A stretch of DNA of 62,711 nucleotides, filler included, from Choristocarpus tenellus KU-1152 (taxonomy: Eukaryota > Protista > Phaeophyceae): assembly GCA_964200185.2 (NCBI GenBank). It is 12 parts of 12 records of this genome, joined end to end, with 100 filler letters (N's around TTAATTAATTAA, not from the genome) between each part and the next. Parts side by side here need not be neighbours in the genome. Positions count along the whole stretch, not along the records: positions 59,722 to 62,711 come from CAXNAD020023106.1; 11 more parts are not named here. One strand, 5' to 3'. This document shows, in pieces, positions 61,227 to 62,711 of this stretch; the stretch's first letter is position 1, and every line of letters starts with the position of its first letter. The notes beneath the pieces were generated by a model, which saw only the letters and a program-made list of their open reading frames with translations, was not told the DNA's origin and did not search any database. Both the position numbers and the translations under genes were made by a program.

Positions 61227-62306
61227 CTTCCACCGACGCCAGCTTGTCTCTAACTCCCTCGGCAATGGCAGCAGCCTCCCTCAGCTGCCTCCTGCCAACG
61301 CCCTCTGAACCAGCCAGGCTCCAACGAGCAGCATCCAGCGACGCCAGAAGCAGGTCTGCTCTTGTTTAAAAAAAAAAAAAAAAAAAAAAAAAATAAGTGA
61401 AACCGACCGATTAGAGCTCTACTTTTCGTTTGAATCCGCGGAAGAGGACGACACAACACACACGAAAAAATGAAATAAAATAAAATAAATAATAAAAACA
61501 AAATAAAAGCATAAACGAGATTTAGACGGATTGTGTCGATTGCTTGTGGGGAGGAAGGCAAGACGGGAGTGAGCGAGCGAGCGTCACACTGTGTGTGTGA
61601 GTTGTGCTACGTAGCGATCTGTACCGCTACGTAGCGCACGTTACAATATTGCAATGTCTATTTCACTGTATTAAAATTTACCAAAGTGTGATGACTCTCT
61701 ATTGCAATTACAGTGTGTGGTATGATCCTCACCATATTATCACCACGCCGAATAAATAAAAAGAGTATTGTAACGCTCAACATCCCCCCGTCCCGCGGCG
61801 AAGGAGCGGAACGAATCTCTTGATTTTTTTTTTCTTCAAAGAGTCAACCCGTCCTTATCATCAAACAAAAACAAAAACATATTCATACATACATAAATAC
61901 ATAATACATACATGCATACATACCTATGTGCACATGCACACGCACAGAGTACTACTCCACTGCGCATACCTCAAAAAAATAAAATAAAATAATGATCAAT
62001 GAACTAATTCAATTCACCAACCACGACTTCCAAACGTAGCCCAGCCTAGCCTCACGAAACAACAGAAAATAAATAAATCAACCAACACATTCCCGCTCAA
62101 AACTCAGAACTTAAACAAACAAACAAAAAAAACTCTAGTGCACTGCGCGCGCGCGCGCGCGTGTGTGTAGAAATGAAATAAATCTGCTATCTGTGACACC
62201 ACGCACTCACAGCTTGGACTGGAGCTTTGTACGGTTGCTAGCGCCTCTGACACGGCCTGCTCCGCTGAGAAGGACATCTCAAGCCGGTGTGCCGCTGTCA
62301 GCATAC
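61227..62306 (-). CDS. Unknown multi-exon gene; exons 62211-62306 and about 61227-61355, probably also near 60740-60790
   Basis: GT-AG-bounded, phase-compatible segments MLTAAHRLEMSFSAEQAVSEALATVQSSSPS / LLLASLDAARWSLAGSEGVGRRQLREAAAIAEGVRDKLASVE. Confidence 0.5.
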
Positions 62307-62633
62307 CTAACAAACCAAACACCGTCGGGTCAAGTTCCGTCAATGTTCAAGGACAAGGACAAGGACAAGAGAGAATCAGGAGGGGGATGAGGATGGGGAG
62401 GAGTAGGAGTAGGAGCAGGAGTAGGAGGGAGGAGCAGGTCACATAGCAGTGGAATATTGTGATGAAGAGCAGAACAATAAACATGGGTGGCATCAAAAGA
62501 GGGAAGTGAAGGTTAGATGCAATTACAGCTCGAAGTAAGGCGAGTGGCGAATAATTCCTTTGATTATGAACACACCCCAAAACAACAAGAAAAAAAAAAA
62601 TTGTAACCGATGAAATTTCATACCTCACCACCG

Positions 62634-62673
<40 letters not shown>

Positions 62674-62711
62674 CCACACACACACCCCAACCCATACCAA
62701 CAACCAAAAAA

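Overview
Eukaryotic nuclear DNA, not one continuous locus. Twelve short contigs are joined by eleven artificial 100-nt linkers (44 N + TTAATTAATTAA + 44 N), so adjacency across linkers should not be trusted. GT-AG introns, TTAGGG-type repeats, a likely bipartite plastid-targeting leader and an Ngaro-like relic suggest an ochrophyte such as a brown alga (inference). Host gene pieces: the first six exons of a glutamine-dependent carbamoyl-phosphate synthetase (CAD-like), an ankyrin-repeat exon, the 3' end of a FYVE-domain gene, a protein kinase C-terminal exon with possibly linked long disordered exons, a RecQ4-like helicase, and several orphan exon chains. Much of the rest is decayed mobile DNA (Copia with 270-bp LTRs, Gypsy, LINE, Ngaro/DIRS, a possible KDZ-type transposase). 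The most unusual structures are: (1) two related MITE families (16 copies) with SAAAGTATCT termini, no exact target-site duplication and a strict GRNY^RNYC flank consensus; (2) a 4-kb array of about 33 diverged 115-120-bp units with built-in overlapping hairpins; (3) a 118-bp perfect inverted duplication that flipped one MITE terminus; (4) a small array of ~100-bp units in alternating orientation. All calls were made by eye; no searches were run.
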